From positions 1 through 36,223 of the IMG/VR virus record IMGVR_UViG_2778261231_000006: 36,223 bases of DNA; one strand, 5' to 3'. The position numbers and the translations under genes are program-made. The notes under the pieces are model-generated. The model did not search any database and was not told where the DNA came from. It saw only the letters and a program-made list of their open reading frames with translations. The stretch is from a virus. Lineage: Duplodnaviria; Heunggongvirae; Uroviricota; Caudoviricetes. Positions within the stretch are counted from its first letter, which is position 1, and every line of letters begins with the position of its first letter. This document shows, one piece after another, positions 8,884 through 18,293 of this stretch.

Positions 8884-10698
8884 GTGACTAAATATATTTT
8901 CAGTATCAATGATTTAATTTTATCAAAAAATGCACAATTTTTTAAGATAAAAAAACCTTTATCTAGAAATAAAATAAAAAATCTATTTAGAAGCATATCC
9001 TCGATAAAAGATGGTGTCTTTCTTATAAATAAAATTAAATCTGAAGTTGTTGTAGATAATGGGAATTTAACTTACTCTTTGGTGTCTTTTAAAGTTCTAG
9101 AAGAGCCTTCATTTCTACAAGGCACTAGCATTTCAGAAAGCAAGTATGCGTATCTAATGATCTTGGAGGTTCAGGATTTTTTAATAATTTCGAAGAAAAA
9201 TGTTGATGCAATTGAAAGCGAGTTGGAAAGGTTCATAGAATACTTTGAGTTTGATAAATTTTCAAATTTTAATGGAAGGCTGAATCCTGAGTATGAAAAA
9301 ATTAGCATGAGGAATATGTCACTGTCAGATTCAGTGATAAGAAATAGAACAGTGGAAGCAAAAAATCTAAGTGGCATTCTTTCTCCTAACACGACTGGAC
9401 GTTCAATTCCAGGGACATTTAGAGTCAAGACAGGAAATGACATATTTACTTTAACACCAAATACTTCACGAATAGGCTACAAAGATAAAAAAGTGGATTT
9501 TTTTAATTTCTGCTCATGGGCAATAGCTACAGTAAATGAATTATCTAACACAGCCTCTTTGTCAAGTAAGCTAATGGCAGGTTTCTCTTCCCCTATTACT
9601 TTGAGTGAATTATTAGCAAAAAAAGTCAAGCCAAAAGCTATTTTTATAGATCTTAGCGAGTTGGATGATATGGTGCGTGGCACGTCCCATACTTTTACAC
9701 TAACAAAAAATGTGCCTCATGGAACGGTGACGTTAAGTTCTGTTGAACTTGACAAATTTTTCAATGGATTTAAATCATCATATTTCTTAGATGGTGAAAC
9801 GCTAACCAATTTAAGATTCAAATTCAAATGTCGTCTGAGATTCAATACTAAGGTTGTGACTATAGTATCCAAATATCTCGATGGTATAATGATTAGTGAA
9901 AATGGTTCTCAGTTAATGTCGCTTAGTAAATATATTAACAAGTTTAAGCCATTCACTATAACCTTCGATTCCCCCCAATATTGCTATCATGGTCGTTCGT
10001 GTTTTGAAGATAAAACGATGTTAAATAATTTGAATATTTTCCTGTCCGTTTTTGATGATAGCTTTGATTTTTCAACAATCAGATCGGAAAAAGAGAAAGA
10101 TGACAAACAATCTTATCCAGAAAATATTAAAAGATTTCCAGTGAGATCGCTATTTAGACGAGTGGAGAATATCTATTCAAATAAAGATGCTATTGTAATT
10201 TGTGATGATATGAATGATGAGTGGGCCGATCATATTGTGCTGGATATCACGACAGGAAATCCATCCATAAAGTTTATTCATTCTAAATATATTAAAAAAG
10301 AGAGCTATGGCGCCAGTAAATTTCATGAAGTTATAAGTCAAGCTTTAAAAAATATTGGCAGATTACATTCACCAAAAGAACTTTACCTTGATAAATATGA
10401 TAATGAATGGTCTTCAAAATATTTACAAACGCAGATTAGTAGAATTAGACCAATTGACACTTCCAGGAATGACATTGAGTTAGCTCTTGACAAAATTAAT
10501 GAGAGTCCGAAAACTAGTAGGGAGTTAATATTAGCTGCTCCATTTTTAAGAAAAAAAATGTTAATCGATGAGGTGGAAATCATCAAGAGAAATCAGTCAG
10601 CCAAACCTTATACTGTTCAGCTAATCTGGCTTATAAATACATTTTTGAGTGCATGTGTTGAGTACGGAGTAAAACCCAGCATTCTATGTAAGAAGTGA
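8884..10698 (+). CDS. Hypothetical 604-aa cargo protein at the Z/fun moron site; soluble, function unknown
   Basis: Long uninterrupted ORF in AT-rich DNA, GTG start 7 nt after AAGGA, antisense to the flanking late genes; no Walker A seen by eye; acidic segment VICDDMNDEWADHIVLD...IHSK around residue 440. Confidence 0.8.
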   Translation: MTKYIFSINDLILSKNAQFFKIKKPLSRNKIKNLFRSISSIKDGVFLINKIKSEVVVDNGNLTYSLVSFKVLEEPSFLQGTSISESKYAYLMILEVQDFLIISKKNVDAIESELERFIEYFEFDKFSNFNGRLNPEYEKISMRNMSLSDSVIRNRTVEAKNLSGILSPNTTGRSIPGTFRVKTGNDIFTLTPNTSRIGYKDKKVDFFNFCSWAIATVNELSNTASLSSKLMAGFSSPITLSELLAKKVKPKAIFIDLSELDDMVRGTSHTFTLTKNVPHGTVTLSSVELDKFFNGFKSSYFLDGETLTNLRFKFKCRLRFNTKVVTIVSKYLDGIMISENGSQLMSLSKYINKFKPFTITFDSPQYCYHGRSCFEDKTMLNNLNIFLSVFDDSFDFSTIRSEKEKDDKQSYPENIKRFPVRSLFRRVENIYSNKDAIVICDDMNDEWADHIVLDITTGNPSIKFIHSKYIKKESYGASKFHEVISQALKNIGRLHSPKELYLDKYDNEWSSKYLQTQISRIRPIDTSRNDIELALDKINESPKTSRELILAAPFLRKKMLIDEVEIIKRNQSAKPYTVQLIWLINTFLSACVEYGVKPSILCKK

Positions 10699-10770
10699 AT
10701 TGAATTATCCAAGGCTGGCTGTTTATGTAGGCCAGCTTGCTTTCTTTAATATTTAGGAATTTGATTTAAA

Positions 10771-11353
10771 GTGAAATTAGGCCCATTTATTAACATTGCT
10801 AACTCTAACCAAATTCCTAAATCCCATCTTCCGCCTCACAATTCCTTAATTCAAACTAGACGTTTCCCGCGCAATACAAAGCAATCTCTTGATAACAATG
10901 GTATGGAACTGAACGTTGAGTGCCTAGTAGGTGAAGAAGATGGGGTATATGGCCTGATATTTGAGCCCTGAGGACTGGCGCATAGAAACAAAGATTATAA
11001 TATTGCCATCGATTATATCATTGGACGACTTATTGATTCCGGGGTAAACAAAGGCGTTGTGTATTTGGCCTCATCATCAACCGGAAGACATATACCATCT
11101 ATAGCGGAAAGAAAAATACATCCTGATGATGTAATTTTCTTTAGTGGGAAACTACCCTTCCGATATTTCCCAAAAAATGTGTATGTATCAGACTCATTTG
11201 AACAGTACTGCTAAAAAGGATGCACCATCAGGGAACAGAACTGAGCGAGTAATGATAAATGTTCCTAGTGTTAATAGTGCTGAATTTTGGAAACCTATCA
11301 TCTACGGAGATACATCAGTGCTTTTCGAGCCACTAATGATGAGAGTGTTCTAA
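10771..11353 (+). pseudogene. Disrupted ORF chain (in-frame TGA at 10969..10971, then apparent +1/-1 shift near the A6 run 11172..11177); likely pseudogene
   Basis: Frame of the 10771 ORF stays open past the TGA (…GLIFEP*GLAHRNKDYNIAIDYIIGRLIDSG…FPKNVYVSDSFEQYC) and a one-base change at the A6 run joins it to the 11144..11353 ORF. Confidence 0.4.
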
Positions 11354-11474
11354 GTAAAATGGTCAGTAAGCTAATATAAATTCCTTTGAACGAGTCCGAG
11401 GGACATAAAAAACTGGAACATTAGAAAGAGTTCAGAAGGTTTATATTCGGGATCCTGCTGTTAAATCTTGTGTA

Positions 11475-11711
11475 TTGCAAGGGAATAAGGGCGTTTGTGA
11501 AAGATGTAGTGAAAATACACCGTTCTTAATAAATGGCGATATCCCATATCTCGAAGTGTATCATGTGATACCTCTTTCTTTATCTGGTGCTGACACCATA
11601 AGCAATTGTGTTGCATTATGCCCGAATTGCCATCGGGCATTGCATTACAGTCAAAATTCGGAAGAGCTGATTGAGGAACTTTATATAAACATAAAAAGAT
11701 TGCAAAGATGA
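11475..11711 (+). CDS. HNH-nuclease motif ORF, probably a C-terminal fragment (open frame extends back to 11409 with no ATG/GTG)
   Basis: …RDPAVKSCVLQGNKGVCERCSENTPFLINGDIPYLEVYHVIPLSLSGADTISNCVALCPNCHRALH: CxxC…H…N…CxxCH…H pattern typical of HNH; TTG start only. Confidence 0.5.
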   Translation: MQGNKGVCERCSENTPFLINGDIPYLEVYHVIPLSLSGADTISNCVALCPNCHRALHYSQNSEELIEELYINIKRLQR

Positions 11712-11833
11712 GTGTTCCGTTTTGCTGGGATATTTATAGGTGAGCAACGTCCCCTCCTGGCACAGAGCGGACTCTCAGATTAGGCTTTACTCTGTGCCAT
11801 AGATATGTAAGCTCACACCAGAGCTCATACAAC

Positions 11834-12361
11834 TTATTGCGGCATTTCCGGCCATTCAGGATTTGCAGGATCCACACGACTGACCAGAACACTGTAGCGT
11901 TCCCATGCCTCCAGTCGACTGCGCTCCTCATCTGTTGCCATATTCAGCCTGACAGCGCGCTCCAGCGGCAAAATCACGGATTCAGCATCTGCAAGAAGTC
12001 TGGCTTTCCGATTTTCTGCCTGCTGCTGCAATTCCTCTGCCGTATAAATTCGTTTAATCACTGTACCGTCCTTAAACATCCAGTTCCCTGAAATGTCCGC
12101 CCGTCGGTTAGCAGTAATATCCGGCACTTCAACAACACTTAATCCATCCGGTCTGATAGCTGTCACATCCTTTTCCACATAGCGGATAATATTATCTTTG
12201 TCGTACGCTATTTTTATCGTGTCATCAGCAAAATACTTTTGTTCTTCGTACCAGTTCTTACCATCTTCTGAAAAAAACCAGACAACATCAAAGTCCTTTG
12301 TCAATTGATATTGTTCAACCGTTTTTGGATTACCTGCCATTATATTTATCAAATGCTGCAT
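11834..12361 (-). CDS. G: Tail fibre assembly chaperone gpG
   Basis: 175 aa, immediately downstream of [45 protein letters not shown]. Confidence 0.9.
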   Translation of the reverse strand: MQHLINIMAGNPKTVEQYQLTKDFDVVWFFSEDGKNWYEEQKYFADDTIKIAYDKDNIIRYVEKDVTAIRPDGLSVVEVPDITANRRADISGNWMFKDGTVIKRIYTAEELQQQAENRKARLLADAESVILPLERAVRLNMATDEERSRLEAWERYSVLVSRVDPANPEWPEMPQ

Positions 12362-12364
12362 AAA

Positions 12365-14683
12365 TTATACCTGCGCCACGTTATACCAAGTCCCGTTAAT
12401 GTATTTCTGCACCGGTCTGTAATATACGCCACCAATGTTATCGGCAGAGTTTGAGCCGGTATCCTGAACAATAATGCCGGAATATACACACCCGGACGGT
12501 GCCTGATGTGTCCATGTCATGCCATTGTTAGCAGGTTTGTATGTGGCAGCACCACCAAGCCGGATATCCCGGACATAGCGTGAATCAAAATTACTATAGT
12601 TAGATGGTGATACCTGCCCGTTAACAGCAAAAGTGATGCTGTTATCTGTATTTCTCTGACTGTAAAAATGCCAGCCTGCATCATCACCTAATTCAGCCAC
12701 CACAGGACGACTTGAGTTTCCCCACAAATTGAATGCGGCTTCCTTCGTGGATGTATTGCTGCTGCTGACCGTGAACTTTTTCCCGCTACCGGCACGTACT
12801 TTGGTACTTGAGGCAATATCACCAGTAACACTCAGGCCATGCCCCATTGACACTCCGCCATTAGCGTTATTGATAGTCAGCGGCCTTAAACCGTTCCATG
12901 TCCCAAATTTATCACCAGAGGCCGTCAGCATTAAATATGTGCTGCCACCATCATTCCTGATAAAGAATCCATAATTGCCATAAGCAATGCGCAGACCATT
13001 AGCACTGAGTGATGTAATTTCACCTCTAGAACGGAGACCATAAGCGGAGCTGAGTGATAATTCTTCCTGAGCGTCATAGTTTCCTGTCGCCCAGCGAATT
13101 ACCCCGCCCTGCACTGTTTCATGCCAGATAGTGTCTCCTTCTCCACCACGAAACTTTCTGAGATATTTTTTGCCGCCTCTGGTGCCTGAACATAAGGCCG
13201 TAGACATATAGGCATTCTGGCTTCCGCCATCCTGATTAATCGTTCCGGTCATTGAGTCGCCCTGACGATTCCAGTCACGACGCCAGCCGGGGGAGTAGCC
13301 GTCCCCATGATTAATGTAAGTGAATTGTGCGCTGGTTGTACCGCCACCGCTTGATGTTGTCGGCGTGGTCACTCGGATAGTGATTGCAGATTTAGTTCCC
13401 ATGACCTCGACTACACAACCAGCCAGGTGGATATCACCACATCCGGTATCCGTAATGATTTTGTTATTTGCATATGACCAGGAGCCTTTGCACATCCAGT
13501 ACGGATGATTAAATGCACCACGGGAATCCAGCCATTCAATAAACTGAGCGGTTGTCCAGTTTCCGGCTTCAGTGCTCAAAGCGCCGCTATAAGCACGACA
13601 GGCACCGATATTTTTCGTAAAGGTATCCTTTCCCGGAATATCCGCACCGTTCTGATCTTTCTGAAGACGTTTTTCAGCATTGTCATAGGCAGACTTCACT
13701 GCTTTTGGCGTTGCCGCGAGGGTTTCAGAATCACTGTTGGTGGCGCTACTGAGCTGGACAAGACCTTTTCGCGCAGTGGTGGCATCCTGTGCAGTGTATT
13801 TCCCGTTAGCAAGGTCATACGCTGTCTTAACCGCCTTTGGTGTTGCCGCAAGCGTTTCAGAATCGCTGTTGGTGGCGCTACTGAGCTGAACAAGGCCTTT
13901 TCGCGCGGTGGTGGCGTCCTGTGCAGTGTATTTCCCGTTAGCAAGGTCATATGCTGCCTTTACCGCTTTCGGCGTTGCGGCGAGCGTTTCAGACGTGCTG
14001 TTGGTCACACTACTGAGCTGAACAAGGCCTTTTCGCGCCGTGGTGGCATCCTGCGCAGTATATTTCCCGTTAGCAAGGTCATAGGCGGCCTTTACCGCTT
14101 TCGGCGTTGCGGCCAGTGTTTCAGACGTGCTGTTGGTCGCACTGCTTAACTGAGTAAAACCTTTTGCGGTCAGCGAGGCGTCCGGGTGACGTCGTGACTG
14201 TTCGTGCTCTGCAATTTTGTCATCAACGTAATCCTGCGTTGCCATCACCGTTGTAGTGTCAATGGTCAGCTCCACTGAGGCCACACTGCTGACGATGATG
14301 ACCATGCGGCAGGTCTGCGAACGCCCTGAGCCTTCGGCAAGAGCTGGCTTATAACTTTCGGCCATGTTCGCCACGGCAATTAACGTTCCCGCATCATCGT
14401 ACAGGCCAAGCTCACGCATCCAGAAACCGCCCACCTCCGGCGGAATAACCAGCTCTGCGATAATATAATTACTGTTTCGTTTGTCCTGACTGATTTTGTT
14501 CAGCGCATGTCGCCAGACTTCGTGGATAAGCCCGGTCTGTCCGGCATCCGGGACAGGCAATTTACCACCGCCATCCCCGACGGCCATCGTGGTAATGTTG
14601 ACCTTCCGCCCTCCCGGTGCGGTTGCCGCTGCCAGCTTTGCTGCACCGGCAGTGGTGATAACGGTTCTGAATTTTGTGCTCAT
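12365..14683 (-). CDS. H: Tail fibre protein gpH (772 aa) with internal tandem repeats
   Basis: MSTKFRTVITTAGAAKLAAATAPGGRKVNITTMAVGDGGGKLPVPDAGQTGLIHEVWRHALNKISQDKRN; position between I and G. Confidence 0.92.
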   Translation of the reverse strand: MSTKFRTVITTAGAAKLAAATAPGGRKVNITTMAVGDGGGKLPVPDAGQTGLIHEVWRHALNKISQDKRNSNYIIAELVIPPEVGGFWMRELGLYDDAGTLIAVANMAESYKPALAEGSGRSQTCRMVIIVSSVASVELTIDTTTVMATQDYVDDKIAEHEQSRRHPDASLTAKGFTQLSSATNSTSETLAATPKAVKAAYDLANGKYTAQDATTARKGLVQLSSVTNSTSETLAATPKAVKAAYDLANGKYTAQDATTARKGLVQLSSATNSDSETLAATPKAVKTAYDLANGKYTAQDATTARKGLVQLSSATNSDSETLAATPKAVKSAYDNAEKRLQKDQNGADIPGKDTFTKNIGACRAYSGALSTEAGNWTTAQFIEWLDSRGAFNHPYWMCKGSWSYANNKIITDTGCGDIHLAGCVVEVMGTKSAITIRVTTPTTSSGGGTTSAQFTYINHGDGYSPGWRRDWNRQGDSMTGTINQDGGSQNAYMSTALCSGTRGGKKYLRKFRGGEGDTIWHETVQGGVIRWATGNYDAQEELSLSSAYGLRSRGEITSLSANGLRIAYGNYGFFIRNDGGSTYLMLTASGDKFGTWNGLRPLTINNANGGVSMGHGLSVTGDIASSTKVRAGSGKKFTVSSSNTSTKEAAFNLWGNSSRPVVAELGDDAGWHFYSQRNTDNSITFAVNGQVSPSNYSNFDSRYVRDIRLGGAATYKPANNGMTWTHQAPSGCVYSGIIVQDTGSNSADNIGGVYYRPVQKYINGTWYNVAQV
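13690..14165. repeat. About four tandem copies of a 114-bp (38-aa) coding repeat inside H (…SETLAATPKAVKAAYDLANGKYTAQDATTARKGLVQLSS…)
   Basis: Near-identical 114-bp units visible in DNA and in the H translation (residues about 173..336); reminiscent of phage tail-fibre repeat modules. Confidence 0.8.
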
Positions 14684-14693
14684 TATTCCTCAC

Positions 14694-15224
14694 TTATCCG
14701 GGGTAAACCGTAATTACATCGCCGTCATAAGCCACACCACCGGCGAACAGGTAGCCGGGAATGTCCCGGGTAATGTTCAGGCCAATAAGATGACGGCTTG
14801 CAGGTTTGGCATCAGCAATCAGCCGTTCCATTTCCTGATACATTGCCTCTGTGATACCGCTTTCCAGTACACCAATATCAAGCCGGAAGGTGCCGGGCGG
14901 GTCACTGTTTTCCCACCACTCCGTCACGTTGATGAGATAGCCGAGCGGCTCCACCACACGCCGGATTGCACCTATAGTGCCCTTATGACAGTGGATGAAA
15001 TAGGCATCGCGGATAACGGCGCGTTTTGTCGCTTCCGGCCACTTTTCATCCCACCTGTCGACCGAAAACGCCCACGCCAGCCACGGCAGCAGATTTGCCG
15101 GACAGGTATCCGGGTTCCACAGTTCACGAATCCTGACCGGCGTTTTTTCAATTTCTGCACAGGCTTTTGCGGCAGCAACTTCAAGCGGTGATGAGCCGGT
15201 CGGCAGCAGTCGCGAATCACTCAT
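14694..15224 (-). CDS. I: Baseplate assembly protein gpI
   Basis: 176 aa, MSDSRLLPTGSSPLEVAAAKACAEIEKTPVRIRELWNPDTCPANLLPWLAWAFSVDRWDE. Confidence 0.92.
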   Translation of the reverse strand: MSDSRLLPTGSSPLEVAAAKACAEIEKTPVRIRELWNPDTCPANLLPWLAWAFSVDRWDEKWPEATKRAVIRDAYFIHCHKGTIGAIRRVVEPLGYLINVTEWWENSDPPGTFRLDIGVLESGITEAMYQEMERLIADAKPASRHLIGLNITRDIPGYLFAGGVAYDGDVITVYPG

Positions 15225-16125
15225 CCGAGCCTCCGGTCACGACGCGGTATTCGGTACAGAAAGACGCCTGCGTACTGTTGAGCACGATGTCGGCCAGTGG
15301 TGCGGCCAGCTCGACACGCTGCACGCCTTCCACATGCAAAGCGGCATAAATGGCAGACAGACGGATGTCGCGCCCCAGCCGGTGCTGTGCCGTGATGTAC
15401 GCTTCCAGTTTTTTCACGGCGGCAGCGCGTATGGGTTCGCTTTCGGGACCAGGGTAAAGGTAAAGCGTGGCGTTTATCTGGTATTCAACGATGGCGGCAG
15501 ACTGCACGGTCACGCGGTCGGCCACCGGCCTGACGTCCTCGCCATTAAGGGCGTTACGCACCACCGCCAGCAGGTCTTCGGATGCGACACCGTTATTTTC
15601 TCGTGACAGCACAGAGATGGTGACGCAAGCCGGAGACGGACTGGTGACAGAGATATCCGCGACACGCCCGTCAGCACTGCGACCATGATACTGATAGGCA
15701 CCCACCGACCCGGCGACGCTTAAACCTTCAAAGGCCTGCTGAATACGCAGACGATAATCGGTGTCAGATTCCATCACGGCCGGTGTCGGCGGGATAGTCG
15801 AATCATCTGCCAGGGTGATAATCAGGCGCGTGGTGTTGTAATTGGCACCAATCACATCAAGGTCATTACCGGCAGCACAGGCCAGCATCACCGCCCGTGC
15901 GGCCTCATTCACACGCTGACGCCAGATAAGCTCACGATAAGCGTTTTCTTCCAGCAGTTTGACGAGAGGCTCGGATTCCAGCGTCAGGGTACGGGCGACC
16001 GCCTCCTGCTGGTCTTCCGGGTAAAGGGAAATCAGTGTCGCCTTGCGTTCGGCGAGAATGGTTTCAAAGTCCAGCTCCTCAACCACATCCGGTGCGGGTA
16101 GCTGGTTCAGGTCGATAATCGGCAT
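15217..16125 (-). CDS. J: Baseplate assembly protein gpJ
   Basis: 302 aa, MPIIDLNQLPAPDVVEELDFETILAERKATLISLYPEDQQEAVARTL. Confidence 0.92.
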   Translation of the reverse strand: MPIIDLNQLPAPDVVEELDFETILAERKATLISLYPEDQQEAVARTLTLESEPLVKLLEENAYRELIWRQRVNEAARAVMLACAAGNDLDVIGANYNTTRLIITLADDSTIPPTPAVMESDTDYRLRIQQAFEGLSVAGSVGAYQYHGRSADGRVADISVTSPSPACVTISVLSRENNGVASEDLLAVVRNALNGEDVRPVADRVTVQSAAIVEYQINATLYLYPGPESEPIRAAAVKKLEAYITAQHRLGRDIRLSAIYAALHVEGVQRVELAAPLADIVLNSTQASFCTEYRVVTGGSDE

Positions 16126-16129
16126 GGTT

Positions 16130-16477
16130 TCAACTCACAGGGATGGTTAACGAAAGTGGCTGGCCGGTGTCGTTGTGCTGACCGGTTAACGTGACCGTCA
16201 TTCGCCCGTCAAAACTGCGCTCAGTGGTGACGGATGACAGGGTGACGCGGGGTTCCCATTTCAGCACCGCCATGTAACAGGCAACCTTAATCTGCAACTC
16301 AAGCGCCGGGGTCTGCGGCTGGTCAATCATTGATGCCAGCAACGAGCCGTAATCACGACGCATCACCCGTGAGCCGACCGGTGTGCGCAGGATATCGCCG
16401 ATACTCTGGCTGATATGCTCAAGGTCAGTGACAGTCAGGCCATCACTACGATTCATTCCGAGATAACGTGCTGTCAT
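16130..16477 (-). CDS. W: Baseplate wedge protein gpW
   Basis: 115 aa, MTARYLGMNRSDGLTVTDLEHISQSIGDILRTPVGSRVMRRDYGSLL. Confidence 0.92.
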   Translation of the reverse strand: MTARYLGMNRSDGLTVTDLEHISQSIGDILRTPVGSRVMRRDYGSLLASMIDQPQTPALELQIKVACYMAVLKWEPRVTLSSVTTERSFDGRMTVTLTGQHNDTGQPLSLTIPVS

Positions 16478-17103
16478 AAAGGACTCCCGGTTATGCCGCC
16501 GCTGTCGCCGGGGTGTTTATGGGTATGCAATACCTTACCGTTTGATGAAAGTTCACCACCGGTGTGTTCAATGTTGCCGCGCATCGTCCCGCCCTTCTGC
16601 ACTTCCAGCGTGCCGGTAATCAGCCTGTTTGTGCAGACCACCTCCGGCGTGTCCAGAGTGACACGGGTTGATGCTTTCACCGTGACCACGGGCACCGTGG
16701 CAGTAACAGAATCAGAAGCCGTCACGCTGGCCGTTTTAATTCCGCTTACCGTGAGTGCACTGGTTTCAGGTTCATACTCAATCACCGCCCCGTCAGGGAA
16801 ACGGATATGCAGGGCATCCGCCGACGCAGACGGCGCGGGGTTATCGCCGGAATAAATCCCCGGCAGAACGAACGCCGTGTCGAGTTCACCGCCCACGGCC
16901 AGAATCAGCACCTGTTCCCCCACGGAAGGTGCCCACCACGTGCGCGAACGTCCGGCGCGATGGGTCAGCCACTGAAGCCAGTCGGTACACATGCCGCCGG
17001 TCTGCACACGGCAGCGACCGGCGTTAAGGTCGGTTTCGACGATAATGCCGGTGCGAATCATATTGCGTATAAAGCGAAGTATTTCATTGTATTGTGTATT
17101 CAT
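16474..17103 (-). CDS. V: Baseplate spike/assembly protein gpV
   Basis: MNTQYNEILRFIRNMIRTGIIVETDLNAGRCRVQTGGMCTDW; start set at the internal ATG 17103 to match P2 gpV. Confidence 0.9.
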   Translation of the reverse strand: MNTQYNEILRFIRNMIRTGIIVETDLNAGRCRVQTGGMCTDWLQWLTHRAGRSRTWWAPSVGEQVLILAVGGELDTAFVLPGIYSGDNPAPSASADALHIRFPDGAVIEYEPETSALTVSGIKTASVTASDSVTATVPVVTVKASTRVTLDTPEVVCTNRLITGTLEVQKGGTMRGNIEHTGGELSSNGKVLHTHKHPGDSGGITGSPL

Positions 17104-17189
17104 TCGAGAATAATGATTCTGTACAATCCCAAAGTAAATCACGCAACGATTTCTGATGCACAGAACAACAAGGGACAACAAAATCCATA

Positions 17190-18263
17190 ATGAACACTTA
17201 CTTTTTCTCATCAAAAACAATGAAAGAATTGTTCAAAGATTATCTGGTCTTTTTGAACACGCTGACACCCAGCACAACCTTTGAATCAAACAGAAACAAA
17301 ATAATTGCTCAAGCAATAGACTTCATTTCTGAAAACCCAGAAGATTGGGACAAAAAATCCCAGTACAACATTGTCAGGATTGGTAATACCTTTACAAGCT
17401 TATTAAAAGAAAAGGGAGAGGATAACAACAGCATCAATTTTATATTCACTTGTTTTTTTAGATTTATTATTGAGCCAAGTATTCTCTCTCCTGAGACAGA
17501 TACTTTCTTTTCACCACTAAAAACCATCAAGGATTTCGCGCTGTATAACTATAATGAATTCGATGAACAAAGCAGAGCACAGATAGACTTTTCTCTTAGA
17601 GAACTACCATTAGCAATGGTTAAAGAAGTTTTAAGCTCAGGCAATGTGGACACATATAAAAAATATATTGATAGTTTAAGCGAAGGTCGTCAATTTTTCG
17701 AAAAATGCGAGTCCTTTTTAAAAGAACAACATACCAAAATAGAGTCAATTAAAGAATCATTGAAAGGGTATGAGGTCGCATTTAATTTTGTTGGATTGTT
17801 TGAAGGCTTTAATTCACTTGGCAAAAAGAAAGATCGTGAAATTTTACTATCAAGAATAATCCTTGTCATCTTAGCTATAATCATCCCATCCCCGCTGATA
17901 TACTATGGAGTGCATAAATTACCAACTCTCGAAACGACAAATGCTGCCACATATTTCATGTCAGCACTACCTTTTGCATCAGTCACATTGATTTTCATTT
18001 ATTACTTTAGAGTTGTACTGATAAATCACATATCGTTACGAACTCAGATTATGCAAATAGAACTCAGAAAGAGCCTTTGTCAGTTTATTCAGAGTTATAG
18101 CGACTATTCCTCAGAGATAAGGAAAAACAATCCGGAAGCGCTTTCAAAATTTGAAGATGTCGTATTTTCGAACATCATGCTATCCGATGATAAGATACCA
18201 TCTACATTTGATGGCATAGAGCAAATAGCATCGTTAATCAATTCATTAAAAAATGGCAAGTAA
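17190..18263 (+). CDS. Hypothetical 357-aa cargo protein with two predicted C-terminal transmembrane helices, at the S/V moron site
   Basis: AT-rich ORF antisense to the late operons; hydrophobic stretches ILLSRIILVILAIIIPSPLIYYGV and ATYFMSALPFASVTLIFIYYFRVVLI; own terminator downstream. Confidence 0.75.
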   Translation: MNTYFFSSKTMKELFKDYLVFLNTLTPSTTFESNRNKIIAQAIDFISENPEDWDKKSQYNIVRIGNTFTSLLKEKGEDNNSINFIFTCFFRFIIEPSILSPETDTFFSPLKTIKDFALYNYNEFDEQSRAQIDFSLRELPLAMVKEVLSSGNVDTYKKYIDSLSEGRQFFEKCESFLKEQHTKIESIKESLKGYEVAFNFVGLFEGFNSLGKKKDREILLSRIILVILAIIIPSPLIYYGVHKLPTLETTNAATYFMSALPFASVTLIFIYYFRVVLINHISLRTQIMQIELRKSLCQFIQSYSDYSSEIRKNNPEALSKFEDVVFSNIMLSDDKIPSTFDGIEQIASLINSLKNGK

Positions 18264-18270
18264 TGATAAA

Positions 18271-18293
18271 AGGCCAATAACTGGCCTTTTATT
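18271..18293. terminator. Bidirectional intrinsic terminator (AGGCCA-ATAAC-TGGCCT plus T-run) after the 357-aa gene and after S
   Basis: Perfect 6-bp stem 18271..18287 followed by TTTTATTTATT on plus; T-rich on the minus side as well. Confidence 0.6.

Noticed and set aside
10969-10971. In-frame TGA read as selenocysteine or programmed readthrough
   Set aside because: No SECIS-like context is evident and a second frame disruption follows; pseudogenisation or sequencing error is more parsimonious.
12729-14149. Antisense ORFs inside H, including a 214-aa ORF with repetitive peptide pattern (13505..14149 +)
   Set aside because: The repetition is a by-product of the tandem coding repeats of H read in another frame; not an independent gene.
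13690-14165. Possible CRISPR array because of regular repeats
   Set aside because: Units are 114 bp, contiguous with no unique spacers, and in frame within the tail-fibre CDS; no cas genes in the window.
17104-17189. Ogr-dependent late promoter (TGT-N12-ACA) upstream of V, and similarly upstream of FI and in the O/P divergent region
   Set aside because: I searched by eye for exact TGT-N12-ACA dyads and found none; late promoters are probably present but cannot be placed without alignment to P2.
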